A stretch of DNA of 64,000 nt. Origin: Cyanidioschyzon merolae (lineage: Eukaryota). Positions 20,154-31,060 of the stretch are shown in pieces. The stretch lies in NCBI GenBank assembly GCA_000091205.1, contig AP006494.2, one strand, 5' to 3'. Both the position numbers and the translations under genes were made by a program. Positions within the stretch are counted from its first letter, which is position 1. Every line of letters starts with the position of its first letter. The notes under the pieces are model-generated. The model did no database searches and had not been told where the DNA came from. It was given only the letters and a program-made list of their open reading frames with translations.

Positions 20154-21578
20154 CTAGAGCGCTTTGATTGTCGTGCGCAGAATCTCCAAACATCGCATGA
20201 GCTCTGCTTCCTCAATAACAAGTGGAGGCGCGAATCGAATACGATCTCCATGGGTCGGCTTGCACAACATCCCGTTTTCCATCAGATGCAGACAGAGCTT
20301 GGTTGCGTTCAAACCGGGTCGCCAGTTCTCAGCTATGCTGAGTGCGCAAAGAAGACCACGGCCCCGCACGTTCGTGATCAAACCCGCGGACTCCTGTTTG
20401 ATCTCCGAAAGTCCGCGCAGGAACATGTTTCCCAAATGAGCCGCCCGCTCGATCAGACCTTCATTGTGCAGCACCTCCAGTGCTGTCATAGCCACCCGAC
20501 ACCCCAGTGGATTACCTCCATACGTCGATCCATGCTGTCCAGGTTTGATCGTGAGCATGATTTCGGAGCTCGCCAAAACTGCGGATACCGGATACATGCC
20601 ACCCGAGAGCGCCTTGCCGAGAACGAGAATATCCGGACGGATGCCGTCGTGGTCGCAGCACAGCAACTTGCCGGTACGCCCGAGGCCCGTCTGCACCTCG
20701 TCGGCAATCAGCAGCACACCGTACTGGTCGCAGAGTTCACGCACTCGACGCATATATCCCGGGCGGGGAACGATGACGCCAGCCTCTCCCTGGATGGGCT
20801 CCACCATAAACGCCGCGATATTTTGATCCCTATCAAGAAGCTGTTCGAGCGCTTCAGGGTTGTCGTATGGGATGATTTCGAAACCCGGCATGAAAGGTCC
20901 GTAGCCACCGCGCGATTCGGGGTCCGTCGAGGACGAAACTGCAGCTAAAGTGCGACCCCAAAAGTTATTCTCTGCAAAAACAACTTTTGCTCCATAGCGA
21001 GGGATGCCTTTGACGTCGTAGGCCCAACGCCGCGCGAGCTTCACCGCAGTCTCGCCGGCCTCGACGCCGGTATTCATCGGTAGAACGCGTTCATAGCCAA
21101 AATATTCGCATATGAAGCGTTCGAACTCGCCCAGGACGTTGTTGTAGAAGGCCCTCGACGTCAGCGTGAGCGTTGCGGCTTGCTCCACCAGTGTTGCCAC
21201 CAGCCGCGGGTGGCAGTGGCCCTGGTTCAGCGCAGAGTACGCGGCTAAACAGTCTATGTATGATTTTCCATCAACGTCCCAGACACGTGCACCCTTGCCG
21301 CGAGCGATCACCACTGGCAGTGGTGCATAGTTCGTTGCACCGTAACGGGCCTCTAGGTCTAGGAGGCGCTGCGCCGCCGCAGACGGCACCCGCTCCGACG
21401 GTGCCGTCGCTGCAGCGCGCCCGCTGTAGCCTCGAGTCCACGGGACGCTCGACGTTGCCGGGATCAGTCGACATGGAGCAGTTCTCAAAAGGAAGCGCAG
21501 AAGCGTACGCGTTGTGGCTCCAGGCTTTGGCATGCGCACACACTGACCGCAAAATCTCGCAGTACGTCTAGCGGGCAT
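20154..21578 (-). CDS. OAT: Ornithine aminotransferase (class III PLP aminotransferase), with an N-terminal extension that may be a mitochondrial presequence
   Basis: [61 protein letters not shown], and the PLP lysine block [15 protein letters not shown] confirmed at 21576-21578. Confidence 0.9.
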   Translation of the reverse strand: MPARRTARFCGQCVRMPKPGATTRTLLRFLLRTAPCRLIPATSSVPWTRGYSGRAAATAPSERVPSAAAQRLLDLEARYGATNYAPLPVVIARGKGARVWDVDGKSYIDCLAAYSALNQGHCHPRLVATLVEQAATLTLTSRAFYNNVLGEFERFICEYFGYERVLPMNTGVEAGETAVKLARRWAYDVKGIPRYGAKVVFAENNFWGRTLAAVSSSTDPESRGGYGPFMPGFEIIPYDNPEALEQLLDRDQNIAAFMVEPIQGEAGVIVPRPGYMRRVRELCDQYGVLLIADEVQTGLGRTGKLLCCDHDGIRPDILVLGKALSGGMYPVSAVLASSEIMLTIKPGQHGSTYGGNPLGCRVAMTALEVLHNEGLIERAAHLGNMFLRGLSEIKQESAGLITNVRGRGLLCALSIAENWRPGLNATKLCLHLMENGMLCKPTHGDRIRFAPPLVIEEAELMRCLEILRTTIKAL

Positions 21579-22184
21579 TGGTGTCGCAGCTCAACATCTG
21601 CACTGGCAGATGCATCCATCCAACTTCTGAACAAAATGGTATATTGAGGAGATTTAGTGAAAAGCCTGTACCGTTTAGATATAGATCAAACGAGCCGCGC
21701 GTCGCTTCGTCCGCGTCGAGCGGTACCCCCCAGCGGTGCGCAGTGCTCGAAACGCCCACCAGGAGGCTGCATCAACGCCTCGAAAATGGCGCATAGAAAC
21801 TTTGCGGAACGCTACGATCACATGGAAATACGCACAAACGATGCAGATTGGGTTGCGCTCGGCAACTTGCGTGCGTGGTCTGGAACGGTGCCGCGATCCG
21901 CTCCGTTGCCTGGCTTCGCGAGAAATCTGACCGAATGCAACGTAGTCGTGAAGGGCACTTCAAGGCCGCGCCGACGCGCCTCTGCTACCATTCGAGCTCG
22001 CGCCCTGTAAAGCGCGCATTCAAGTCGAGCGTCTTGCGATCGCTGCCGACCCGTCGACAAGGCAGGCATCCGGCGGCATAGAGTATGAACTTGTATATAC
22101 TTGTATCTTTATGAACCTAGCGCCGGTGGCATCAGCAATCGTATCGATCGACGAGCGCCCAGCGCGCGCAGATTGTATGTTCTC

Positions 22185-22185
<1 letters not shown>

Positions 22186-22278
<93 letters not shown>
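22186..22278. repeat. (GCGT)n microsatellite, about 23 units
   Basis: tgcgtgcgtgcgtgcg... lying in the OAT/ULP1 intergenic region. Confidence 0.9.
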
Positions 22279-22280
<2 letters not shown>

Positions 22281-22336
22281 AGCTGCCTCAACTGTAGGGC
22301 GCTTACCGCGCTCGGTACTTGAGCGGAACGTGTCGA

Positions 22337-24223
22337 ATGCCCTGGACTTTATGGTCAGCCATTTCCAGAGTGCTAGGTGATTGGGTATGGCGCCCTGAGG
22401 AGGCGCAGGCGTGCAACGCCACGACTCTGGGGACGGCAGAAACGAGCGCTAACACCCGCGACGTGCAACCGGCACGCCGAGAGGCGGCTGTGTTCCCGCA
22501 GCTCCGTGTTCGTGAAGCGCCAGCGTCGACTTGTGTGGTTGAAAACGCCTGGCGGTCACTAGACACAGAGTACGTACCAAACACGTGTCTATTTGGAGCG
22601 TTGAGCGCAAGTGGTGCCGAAGATGCGCGGTTTTCGGCGGTCGGACGGTCAGAGGCCGCAGCGCTATTATGTACAGGTTCGGCATATGGGGATAATCGAG
22701 TGCTCAAGCCAGATGAAACGAAAGATTCAATAGAGGGCGATAATCATGAGAGTTCGAAAAGGTTTGCAGTGCCTGCGCGGATCCCGGTCTCTAGCGTGTT
22801 CGCTGTGCACTCTCGGCGGCCAGGTCTTGGTGCAAATTCGACGGACGACGTTGGCTATCGAGATATGAGCGCCGAAACTCTTGTTCATGAGAACTTGTCC
22901 CGATCGAGGCGGAGAGAGTCTGCGGCAGAGCGCGAGCGCTTGTTGCGACGACTTGCAAGACTTGAGTCCAGCGTGCCGCCCGCCGTGTCGTATGCTCGTG
23001 AACCGGCGTTCCGGACCGAAACTACTACCGCGGCATCCAGGACGAGCTCGCCAGCGGTGCTCCGACAAGAATACCCCGATGCTCGTTCCCGAGACGTAGA
23101 CAGAGTCTCTCCAGACACTAGCCTCGTTCGACTGCGCGCTAGTGCAGCGCTGCTCAGTTCCTACCTGGACTACACCAGGCGCCTGGGGACGCAAAAGCAT
23201 GATGAGCGGAGCCGAAGCGAGGCGCAGGCGCACACGCAGTCACCGGAGAGCGAGGCGCAAGTGGTGGAAATTATCGACATCTCCGACGATGAATCCACGG
23301 TTGATGAACGTGATCTCGCTGCTGCTGCTGCTACTGCTGCTGCTGCGCATGAGCGCTGGAATACCTCAGCGGATCCGTCGCGACGAATGCACGTTATGAT
23401 TCCTGATAAGGGCAACAAAGCGCTCCATCGAACTGAATCCGAAAATCTCATAGCAGGGCCAGTTCGTGCGGAAATCATCTCCACCTTGCAAAAGTGCTCG
23501 AGTTTGACGAGCCCGGTAACTGACGTGGCCCATCGGGTTCTGGAGATCGCCTGGAACTCGGGGCTCGATGTGCGCGAGCCTCTTGTGTCTCATGAGGGCT
23601 TCAAACTGACTCGAAGTGATCTCCTCCGCTTACGCCCTGGAGGATGGCTGAACGACGCGATTCTGAACGCATATTGTCAGGGTTTGCTCATGGAGCGCCA
23701 GACCCGAGAAGGCACGCGTCGCCAGTGGCCTCGCTGTGCCATATTCTCGACTTTCTTCTACACTCGTCTGTGCAACAGCGATCGCCTCGGCGATGCATAT
23801 GATTACAATGGCGTTCGTCGGTGGACTCGAAGTGTGAACGTTTTCGAACTTGATCGCGTTTTGGTGCCGATTAACTTGAGCAATACACATTGGACACTCG
23901 CGCTCATTGAGCCACATAGCCGCAAGCTGACCTACTATGACAGCATGGGCGGTACCGGTAAGGGTGTCCTACAGACGCTTCGCCGGTGGCTCTGCGACGA
24001 GGCCATGGACAAGCTGCAGCTACGCATTGACGAGCAGGCTTGGACGCTCACTGTGCCTAAATCGGTGCCGTTGCAGACGAATGGAAATGACTGTGGCGTA
24101 TTCGTGGCTGCATTTGCAGAACATCTAACGCGCACTGCACCAGTGGCTTTCTCGGCGTCAATGATCCCCCATTTCCGCATGCGGATGTGCGTTGAGATTT
24201 TATGTGGTTACGTACCACCATAG
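22337..24223 (+). CDS. Ulp1/SENP-family SUMO protease (peptidase C48) with a long disordered N-terminus
   Basis: The C-terminal catalytic domain has WLNDAILNAY, the His block HWTLALIEP, and the Cys block NGNDCGVFV. The listed start 22319 is TTG; the first ATG is 22337. Confidence 0.8.
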   Translation: MPWTLWSAISRVLGDWVWRPEEAQACNATTLGTAETSANTRDVQPARREAAVFPQLRVREAPASTCVVENAWRSLDTEYVPNTCLFGALSASGAEDARFSAVGRSEAAALLCTGSAYGDNRVLKPDETKDSIEGDNHESSKRFAVPARIPVSSVFAVHSRRPGLGANSTDDVGYRDMSAETLVHENLSRSRRRESAAERERLLRRLARLESSVPPAVSYAREPAFRTETTTAASRTSSPAVLRQEYPDARSRDVDRVSPDTSLVRLRASAALLSSYLDYTRRLGTQKHDERSRSEAQAHTQSPESEAQVVEIIDISDDESTVDERDLAAAAATAAAAHERWNTSADPSRRMHVMIPDKGNKALHRTESENLIAGPVRAEIISTLQKCSSLTSPVTDVAHRVLEIAWNSGLDVREPLVSHEGFKLTRSDLLRLRPGGWLNDAILNAYCQGLLMERQTREGTRRQWPRCAIFSTFFYTRLCNSDRLGDAYDYNGVRRWTRSVNVFELDRVLVPINLSNTHWTLALIEPHSRKLTYYDSMGGTGKGVLQTLRRWLCDEAMDKLQLRIDEQAWTLTVPKSVPLQTNGNDCGVFVAAFAEHLTRTAPVAFSASMIPHFRMRMCVEILCGYVPP

Positions 24224-24649
24224 GACACTGGCACGCGACACGGTCACGATTCCGAACGGCAGTATGCTCCCGTACGAGGCCTCGTATCCGTATACGAGCG
24301 CATTGCTCTGGACGCAGCTCGATGTTATTGCCGCGAGATGGTCCAGCAAAGCGGACCGCATCGACTACCCTGCAAGCCGTGCGAGTCTGCCAGGCATTCT
24401 GATTCTGGATGACGCTTCCATGGCCCAGCAAAGTTTTTCAGATCCGATCCGAGCATGGATCGCGTTTGCAAGCGAGTCTTCTGTTCCACCATGACGACGC
24501 AATCGTCTGCCCTACATCCACATGATAACGGGTAGGCTGCGCTCCGACTGGCACGCGAGGCAGGCCTGACACGCGAGGCACCTGTGTATAACCATTCTTC
24601 TGGATTCCGAGCAGCATCGCTGCGCTGCAGCTGCGATAGCTTTTGTTTT

Positions 24650-25285
24650 TCAGGCAACTGAGTCAGAAGCGGCATCAGTATCGTTCATTTGAAGCATATT
24701 CGGATGAAATCGTCGAAGGAAAGTGCGCAGCGCAGTGACGCCCTCAGCAGTTAGCAGCGGAAACCTAAATACCACCAAAAACACGACGCCGTCCTCGCGC
24801 TTCCCAACACCGAACCCTTCCCCTTGAATGGCAGTGCCACGCCGCCCATAGACAAGGGCAATGCGCGGCTCCTGCCGGTCGCTCGTCATCGGGTACCAAC
24901 AGTGAACGTCGTAGTGGCGAGCGCCGAGCCCTAGGCCGGCGCGCATAGCACTCTCTCTCGACCGGAATAGTGTCTGGTACGATTCACAAACCGTTTTTAT
25001 CCACTCGCTCTCAAAGTTGTGCTGTAGTAAAACGCTTCCATCCGCGGCTGTAAGCAGCAGTCGGTGCCACTCGTAGCGGCGCGCCAGAGACGCTGCCAGC
25101 GGGGTGCTCGCACCGGCTAGCGTGCCCGTTTCACTCGTAGCCGTTGAGAGCGAAGGCGAACGTTCCGACCACGCCCAACTTGGTCTTGAGCTGCTCACGT
25201 CCTCGAAATATTCATCCCAGGTTGATTCCGAAGATATACTGGGGTTTCGGTGACCAATCACCACGAACTCTGGACCCGTGGCCAT
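24650..25285 (-). CDS. Hypothetical protein (211 aa), no family recognised
   Basis: ATG-initiated ORF confirmed at 25283-25285. It lies between ULP1 and an AT-rich zone. There is no motif support. Confidence 0.3.
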   Translation of the reverse strand: MATGPEFVVIGHRNPSISSESTWDEYFEDVSSSRPSWAWSERSPSLSTATSETGTLAGASTPLAASLARRYEWHRLLLTAADGSVLLQHNFESEWIKTVCESYQTLFRSRESAMRAGLGLGARHYDVHCWYPMTSDRQEPRIALVYGRRGTAIQGEGFGVGKREDGVVFLVVFRFPLLTAEGVTALRTFLRRFHPNMLQMNDTDAASDSVA

Positions 25286-25380
25286 ACCAGGAATATACGG
25301 CTAGCAGGGGAATCGTGATGGAGCGTGTTTCGCGTGACCAGTGCGGATCTGGTTCCTGTTCAAAAGGCATGTTGGACAAA

Positions 25381-25500
25381 ATTGATCCTATATATCTATC
25401 TTCGTGCAAAATGGGCGATTTTAACTAGATATTTTATATATGTACATTTTCATGCTAAACGGGCGATTGCAACTAGATATTCCATATATGTTCGTGTTCG
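25381..25500. repeat. AT-rich island with two diverged direct repeats of about 50 bp
   Basis: tcgtgcaaaatgggcgattttaactagatattttatatatgtacattt / tcatgctaaacgggcgattgcaactagatattccatatatgttcgtgtt. Confidence 0.6.
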
Positions 25501-25865
25501 CGCAGCACTGCTGTTCCGGTGACGCAACCGCGCAATCCATGCATCTGCGGTATCGTGCAGGAGCCTCCTGCAACTCCACCGCGTCGCCATGCGTTCCTGT
25601 GCACACGGGTGCCGTACAAGACGGATATCGCAAAGAGCGATCTTCGCGTGGACGTCATGAAAACGGCGATTGATCTGTGCGCTTAAATCTGTGTCCAGAT
25701 GAACTGGAAATCGTCTCCATAACGAACATAGGTATCCACACCACAGCCTCTGGGTATGTTCCCGGTATGATCAACACTCGACTTGGCCGGCGTTTTATGC
25801 TACTACTTCCTTTTTCTCTCACTTGTTTTGGGGACCATGCAAGTTTGTCTCTCCTTTTCCTTCGG

Positions 25866-26123
25866 CTATGCTTTCGGCATGCGAAGCGTGTTCATGGCAG
25901 CGTCCAAGTCACGATTTCGTCGCTTGCGGCTAGTTTCAGCACGATGCATGCCCGGTCGCAAGTTATGAACTACGCATCGAATGCAATATACATCTCGTTT
26001 GTATACAGAGCCAATGCGAACTGCGCAGCGGTGACACTTGTTCGTGTTCAGGTGTTCGCATACGCCCAACGCATTGCATCCCCTTTCGAGCGCTACCCCA
26101 CGGCACGTGACTGCTTGCTTCAA
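25866..26123 (-). pseudogene. C-terminal fragment of a TnpB/Fanzor-type RuvC nuclease: zinc ribbon CxxC-x15-CxxC followed by the RuvC-III motif
   Basis: Translated by hand from the minus strand: ...NTNKCHRCAVRIGSVYKRDVYCIRCVVHNLRPGMHRAETSRKRRNRDLDAAMNTLRMPKA*. The C-x2-C...C-x2-C then RDxDAAxN order is the TnpB/Cas12 C-terminal arrangement. The upstream part is absent or decayed. Confidence 0.55.
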
Positions 26124-27115
26124 TGCCTAATACACGCCCTCGATTGGTACACGGGACTCGCCTCGATGCCCTCATCCGTTGGCGCCTTCGCTGCCGCTCA
26201 CGACCATCAGATCCTTCTTCCCCGCGATTTTCTCGCTGAGTTCTCGATCTGGTGCACACGCTTGCGCATGCTGTCTCATTCGATGGAGGATTTGGAGAAC
26301 ACTTTGTCGTCCGTGATGAAACAAGTACCAGAAAGGAATTCGAGTCAAGTTATCTCGATCTGTCTACGCTTACCTCGTACAAAGCTGTGACGCACACTCC
26401 ACAGCGAGCAATCGTTTTTATGACCAATGTCCGAATCCAAGACCCTTTTCCATGCTAACAGAAACAACGCGAGCCTTTGAATGCATCGCACTTGAAGGAT
26501 ATCATGCCGCCGCCGAATGCCATCTAATCGATACCCGCAAGTACATGGCGATATACATTTCGTTTGGAATCGATTTTTCGACATTTTCAGTGAACACTCC
26601 AAATGAGATTGAGAAAAAGACGTCTAGCGACGTCTTCTCGTATTACCCGTCCATACAGTGAAACGAAATGCTCTGCCAAGGTGCTTTTCCAATCGAATCC
26701 TCGACGAATGCGCGACTTGCGCTTGCTACAATTAAAGAAAAGAGAGACATGAAGGCTTGAGCTTATGAATAGGGCCATGATATCGGTTGTTTTACGAACT
26801 CTTGTTCTAGAGCATCGATAACCACCTTGATGCCAATGCTGGAACCAAGTCCGGCTGCAAATGGAATAAAGAGCCACTCCGGAAACATGACATGGGATCC
26901 TTTACCCATCTACGAATCCGTATGCCCCTAGTGCAACATTTCAAACGTCCATGCTGTATATCTGAAAACCTCTCGGGGAATAACTCTCAGGACAGGAAAA
27001 CGGCATGCACTTCAGTATCCCATTTGCATCCGGCAAGAACGTAGCGGCAACAGGGAGTTTAGAAGAAGCTCAAGGCGGCGACCGACGCTGCCGGCGCCTT
27101 TATCGCTCGGGTATC

Positions 27116-28819
27116 CTAGACGCGAACGGCTCGCCCGGGTCGTTCGCCAATAAGAAACAATGCCTTTACCGGTGGGGGAAAGGCTCCGCGCTCCGCCGTC
27201 CAACTCGTTCCATTTGGGTCCGACGCCAGCTCGCCACCAAGCTCGACAGCAGCAGCGTTGCGACAGAGTGCGTCCAAAATCACAACGTTTGCCTGCTCGT
27301 CTCGCAGCTGCAAACGAAGCGTACCACGCGCACCGTCTCTTACCACAAACTGCATGCCGTGACGGGTCGGACCCAGTACATACGCCCCTGGTTCAGCGGT
27401 CTCAGCGGAGACCTTTACGCTATAGCGCGTGCCGTGCGCTTCCATCTGCCAGTTGCCCCACTGGACACTCCAGGATATGCGGCGGCAGTTCCAAGCAGCG
27501 AACTCCCACAAATATCCCTTCCAGTGGAACGCGATGATACCAATGGTTTCCCGAGCTACAACCTTATTCGGTCGCTGGGGCCAGCAGAGCTCTCGACGCG
27601 CTCCCACACAGGTCAAAGTCAACGGTGCATCGATGTCTGCGGACGACAGCTCCAGCGATGATGCGTCCTCTCGGAGCACGTCAAAGACGTGACACTGCAG
27701 CCAGAACCATCGCGATGGGAACGCACTGCCCCAGTTCTTCTCGATATACGTGGGTGCACGCTCGAAGCGAAAAACGCGACCATGCCAGTCCCGAAATATA
27801 CCAGTGGATCGAGCGAAAGCAGAGAGTATCTGCCAGCCTGGTTCAAAGACTTGAAAACGCGTGAGCCAGGTTCCAGTCGAGCGCGCACCATCCGAACCCC
27901 ACGATAAGAGCGGCTCGATTCGCATATCGAAAGCGCAACTTATGTCTGGGCTCAGGTGCGCTACCATGGAACGCTCTCGATCCACATCGTCTGCTTGGAT
28001 CGAGCCCTGATGCCACTGAGCAGAGAGCTGATATCCCGTATGCACGTGTTCTCGGAAAAGACTAGGGGCCAGGGAGCGCGCGTGCTCTGCTCGTTCGTCG
28101 CTGAGGAGGTCACTCGTTCGACCCCACTGACCAATGCGTAACGTCGACGTTGGCAGGTGCCGCAGCGCCGGAAAAAAGCCATCCATCATTTCTCGCGAAA
28201 CAAGCAGCTCGTCCTGCACTCCAGAGCTCAAAACCTGTATTCGACCCCTGCGACCGTCTTCCAAGCTGTACATGAACGCCAGCGAAGTCGCCTCTGTGGG
28301 CAGCACGATTCGGACGTACCAGCCCTCGAAGAATCCACGATCTACGCTCGGCATATGAACACCGGCGTGGGGAAGTTCCAGGGGATCTGCGGTCTCCTTG
28401 GTCGCCTCATGATGACAACAACGTTCGTCTCTGCGTCGCCTCGCACCTGAGACCCGCTTCAGGGTACGCAGACTGCCACGAGAACCCCCAGATAGCACAT
28501 GCTGTCGAACGGGGCTCGCATCCAGCGACGAAGCGCTCCGCCGGCGTCCCGTGAGAACTGCACGCGGCCCCGTTCCTGGGTGATCGTTGTACCAGCTTGA
28601 AACGAGCAGCGACCGAGCCCGGTGCCTATGCTTTCTCCATGGTGGCTCTGGGAGTGCCCTGCAACGACCAGCGTGCTCCTGGTACGCGTACACAACAACA
28701 GAGGACAGCGGAGACGACGGCGACACCCACGCTGCCGCTGCGTTTACGGCAACCTTGCCGCTTCGGAGCTCCCGTTGGACCTCGAACCCCGAACCTCTAC
28801 ACTGGAGCTTTTCTCGCAT
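27116..28819 (-). CDS. VTE1: Tocopherol cyclase (VTE1/SXD1 family) with an N-terminal extension of about 150 aa that could be a targeting sequence
   Basis: FFEGWYVRIVLP, FEPGWQILSAFARSTGIFRDWHGRVFRFERAPTYIEKNWGSAFPSRWFWLQCHVF are colinear with plant and cyanobacterial tocopherol cyclase blocks, recalled from memory. ATG confirmed at 28817-28819. Confidence 0.65.
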   Translation of the reverse strand: MREKLQCRGSGFEVQRELRSGKVAVNAAAAWVSPSSPLSSVVVYAYQEHAGRCRALPEPPWRKHRHRARSLLVSSWYNDHPGTGPRAVLTGRRRSASSLDASPVRQHVLSGGSRGSLRTLKRVSGARRRRDERCCHHEATKETADPLELPHAGVHMPSVDRGFFEGWYVRIVLPTEATSLAFMYSLEDGRRGRIQVLSSGVQDELLVSREMMDGFFPALRHLPTSTLRIGQWGRTSDLLSDERAEHARSLAPSLFREHVHTGYQLSAQWHQGSIQADDVDRERSMVAHLSPDISCAFDMRIEPLLSWGSDGARSTGTWLTRFQVFEPGWQILSAFARSTGIFRDWHGRVFRFERAPTYIEKNWGSAFPSRWFWLQCHVFDVLREDASSLELSSADIDAPLTLTCVGARRELCWPQRPNKVVARETIGIIAFHWKGYLWEFAAWNCRRISWSVQWGNWQMEAHGTRYSVKVSAETAEPGAYVLGPTRHGMQFVVRDGARGTLRLQLRDEQANVVILDALCRNAAAVELGGELASDPNGTSWTAERGAFPPPVKALFLIGERPGRAVRV

Positions 28820-28986
28820 ATTCTCAAACTCGTGCCCGACCTAAAAATACCCCCGAATATTCCGTACTAGCATAAGTATCGGATCGATCCGGTCGATAGC
28901 GCCCTGTACTGGCAGCCGCTGGTGTACTGGGACGGCTCTCCAGGTGCCCAGCTATAACGACAACACCAACAACAACAACAACAACA

Positions 28987-29024
<38 letters not shown>

Positions 29025-29443
29025 GCCAGACCGTTAGGCCCACCTCGCTCGGACAATAGACCAGCCCTTGATGCGTACTGGACTTGCCAGCGTCAAGGTA
29101 GTGCGGAAATCGACTCGTTCAAGCGTGTCTAGCGATACCTCGGAACAGGCTGCTGACGTTGCATACACAGTGAGCGGCCAGCAGAAGCCACCTGTCGCGT
29201 GGAGATTGTTCGTGGCGCGTTTATCTTCTGGAAAACGAAGCTCCTCGAAGCCCGAAGCGTTTATCGTCTGGAAAGCGAAGTTCAACAAGGATTGAATCGT
29301 GTATCTTCTGCATAGAAGGTCCTAAAAGCAGAAATCATTCGTTTGGTGGGAAACGAAGATCCCCCAAACTTCATCCGTATACCTTCTAGTCTACGAATAC
29401 TCGTACGCGCCAAGGAAACGGACACGCTCGCTTCCCAGCCGTC

Positions 29444-31060
29444 ATGACCTTTAGCAAGTACACGTCGCTACTTACTTGTTTGAGCCCGTTGCTGGTGGGA
29501 GCGCTGGTGTCGCTACGGCCCTGTGTCGGTTCACTGCTGCACCTGTTGTTGTCGTGGCTATGGATGCCTGGACAAGTTCGGGGACGTTCTCGGGCTATTC
29601 GACGCCTTCATAGTTTCGCCACGAGTCTCAGCTTAGGATATGCCTTGGTGTGGATTCTGGTATATTTGGGGCTGCGGTTCAGTGGACTTACTCGAATGGA
29701 CAACGTGTGGACACTCGATCGGAGCCAGACTCATGCGACGCGCGTAACAGCGTCTGCACTGGGCATTCCGCCTTGGTCACCCGCTTCGGATGTGTTTCTT
29801 CATCTATTGTGTGGAATCCTTGCCTGGTTTGCGTACCGCTATGGTGAAGACGAGGCCGTCTCTGCAACACTAGAGCGCGGGAGGCTGCTCTGGAGTCAGG
29901 TGGCCAAGGTTTCCTGGCTTGTACTCGTCGCTTCGCTGCCGCCAAGCATCCCATCGGCGCTGCTCTACACGCTGCTGGTGCTTGCCACACTACTTTCAGA
30001 CTCTGGACAGCGTCGCCCGATAGCCAGTCGTGGAGGCGCAACGAAAGAGACCTCGGGACGCGTGCCGCGTGGTGTCGCTAGGCGTCGCCTGCAGGCTGTG
30101 GTGCTCACAACAGCCCTTGTTCTTTGTGCGCTCCATACGGTGGCGAGTTTCGTGTTTCAGTGGGCGTGGATTCGGAGCACACCGGCGTCCGAGTCAGTAT
30201 GCGGCCAGCTTTTTGGTCTGCAGGTCCTACAACGTGAGCGCTTCGTAACCGCTCGCGGTGCGGCGCTGGTGCTGCTCGCTTCGTGGCGCCTGCTCAGTCT
30301 GAGGGAACCCATGCTGGTGACCTGGAAAGCATCAGGAATGGGTACTCCTCGCGCTGCTGCAGTGCTTTCATTCATGGTTACAATGATGCTGTGCTCGCAT
30401 TGGCCAGGAATTTTCGCCTTGGTGTTAGCAGGTCTGGCTGAACTCGCGGTGCTGCTGACCGGGGTCTCGGTTTGGCAGACAGTGATGCGCATTCTTGCTG
30501 CGGTTGCCACGATCCTTATCGGACTTGTCGCTTTCATTTTGGGAATCATTGCGACGGTGGCAAAGCGTACTGTGCCGACGTTCTGGGGGTTGCCTCTCGT
30601 GGGCCGGTCCCTCTTGTGGAATGCCTGGCTCGTGTTGTGTCCGCTCCTGTGGACACAGCAGCGGCTGCCCACGGAGCAGAAATCGAATCCACTGGGACGC
30701 CTGCTACCCAGCGAGTACGTGCCCCAGTACGTTGCTTGGTTGCTTCTGGTTGGCGCACTTGCAGCCTTGGTGCAAGACTGGCTGCTCGGTGTGCTGGTGG
30801 CAGTACTCGCCATCGGCGTACGAACTGGAAAGGTAAGGCACCTGGAGGCATGGGTGTGGCTGCCGCTGCACGGCTGGGCTGCTCTGATTTGGAGCCTGCG
30901 TTGCGGACTTTGCGGTTTCCAGTCCGGTATCCTCGCCGAGTCGTGTATCCGGTCACCCCAGCAGTGTTATGTATGGGTTGCGCTTGCGGCAACAACTGCC
31001 GCTGGATGGGTGTTCCGCGTGCAGCCGCAGGTCTCGGCGGATCCCGAAAGAAACGATTAA
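29444..31060 (+). CDS. Hypothetical polytopic membrane protein (about 10-12 predicted TM helices), family unknown
   Basis: A 538-aa ATG-initiated ORF with repeated hydrophobic segments of 20-25 aa. The antisense ORFs in the same region are judged spurious because of the GC-rich codon bias. Confidence 0.45.
   Translation: MTFSKYTSLLTCLSPLLVGALVSLRPCVGSLLHLLLSWLWMPGQVRGRSRAIRRLHSFATSLSLGYALVWILVYLGLRFSGLTRMDNVWTLDRSQTHATRVTASALGIPPWSPASDVFLHLLCGILAWFAYRYGEDEAVSATLERGRLLWSQVAKVSWLVLVASLPPSIPSALLYTLLVLATLLSDSGQRRPIASRGGATKETSGRVPRGVARRRLQAVVLTTALVLCALHTVASFVFQWAWIRSTPASESVCGQLFGLQVLQRERFVTARGAALVLLASWRLLSLREPMLVTWKASGMGTPRAAAVLSFMVTMMLCSHWPGIFALVLAGLAELAVLLTGVSVWQTVMRILAAVATILIGLVAFILGIIATVAKRTVPTFWGLPLVGRSLLWNAWLVLCPLLWTQQRLPTEQKSNPLGRLLPSEYVPQYVAWLLLVGALAALVQDWLLGVLVAVLAIGVRTGKVRHLEAWVWLPLHGWAALIWSLRCGLCGFQSGILAESCIRSPQQCYVWVALAATTAAGWVFRVQPQVSADPERND

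Noticed and set aside
19974-20948. 324-aa plus-strand ORF
   Set aside because: It lies entirely antisense to the well-supported ornithine aminotransferase gene and has no recognisable motifs. It is a typical GC-rich antisense ORF.
27005-27661. 218-aa plus-strand ORF
   Set aside because: It is antisense to the tocopherol cyclase gene.
30157-30995. Minus-strand ORFs of 218 and 149 aa
   Set aside because: They lie antisense to the 538-aa membrane-protein ORF and are low-complexity Ala/Arg/Ser-rich, as expected for GC-rich antisense frames.
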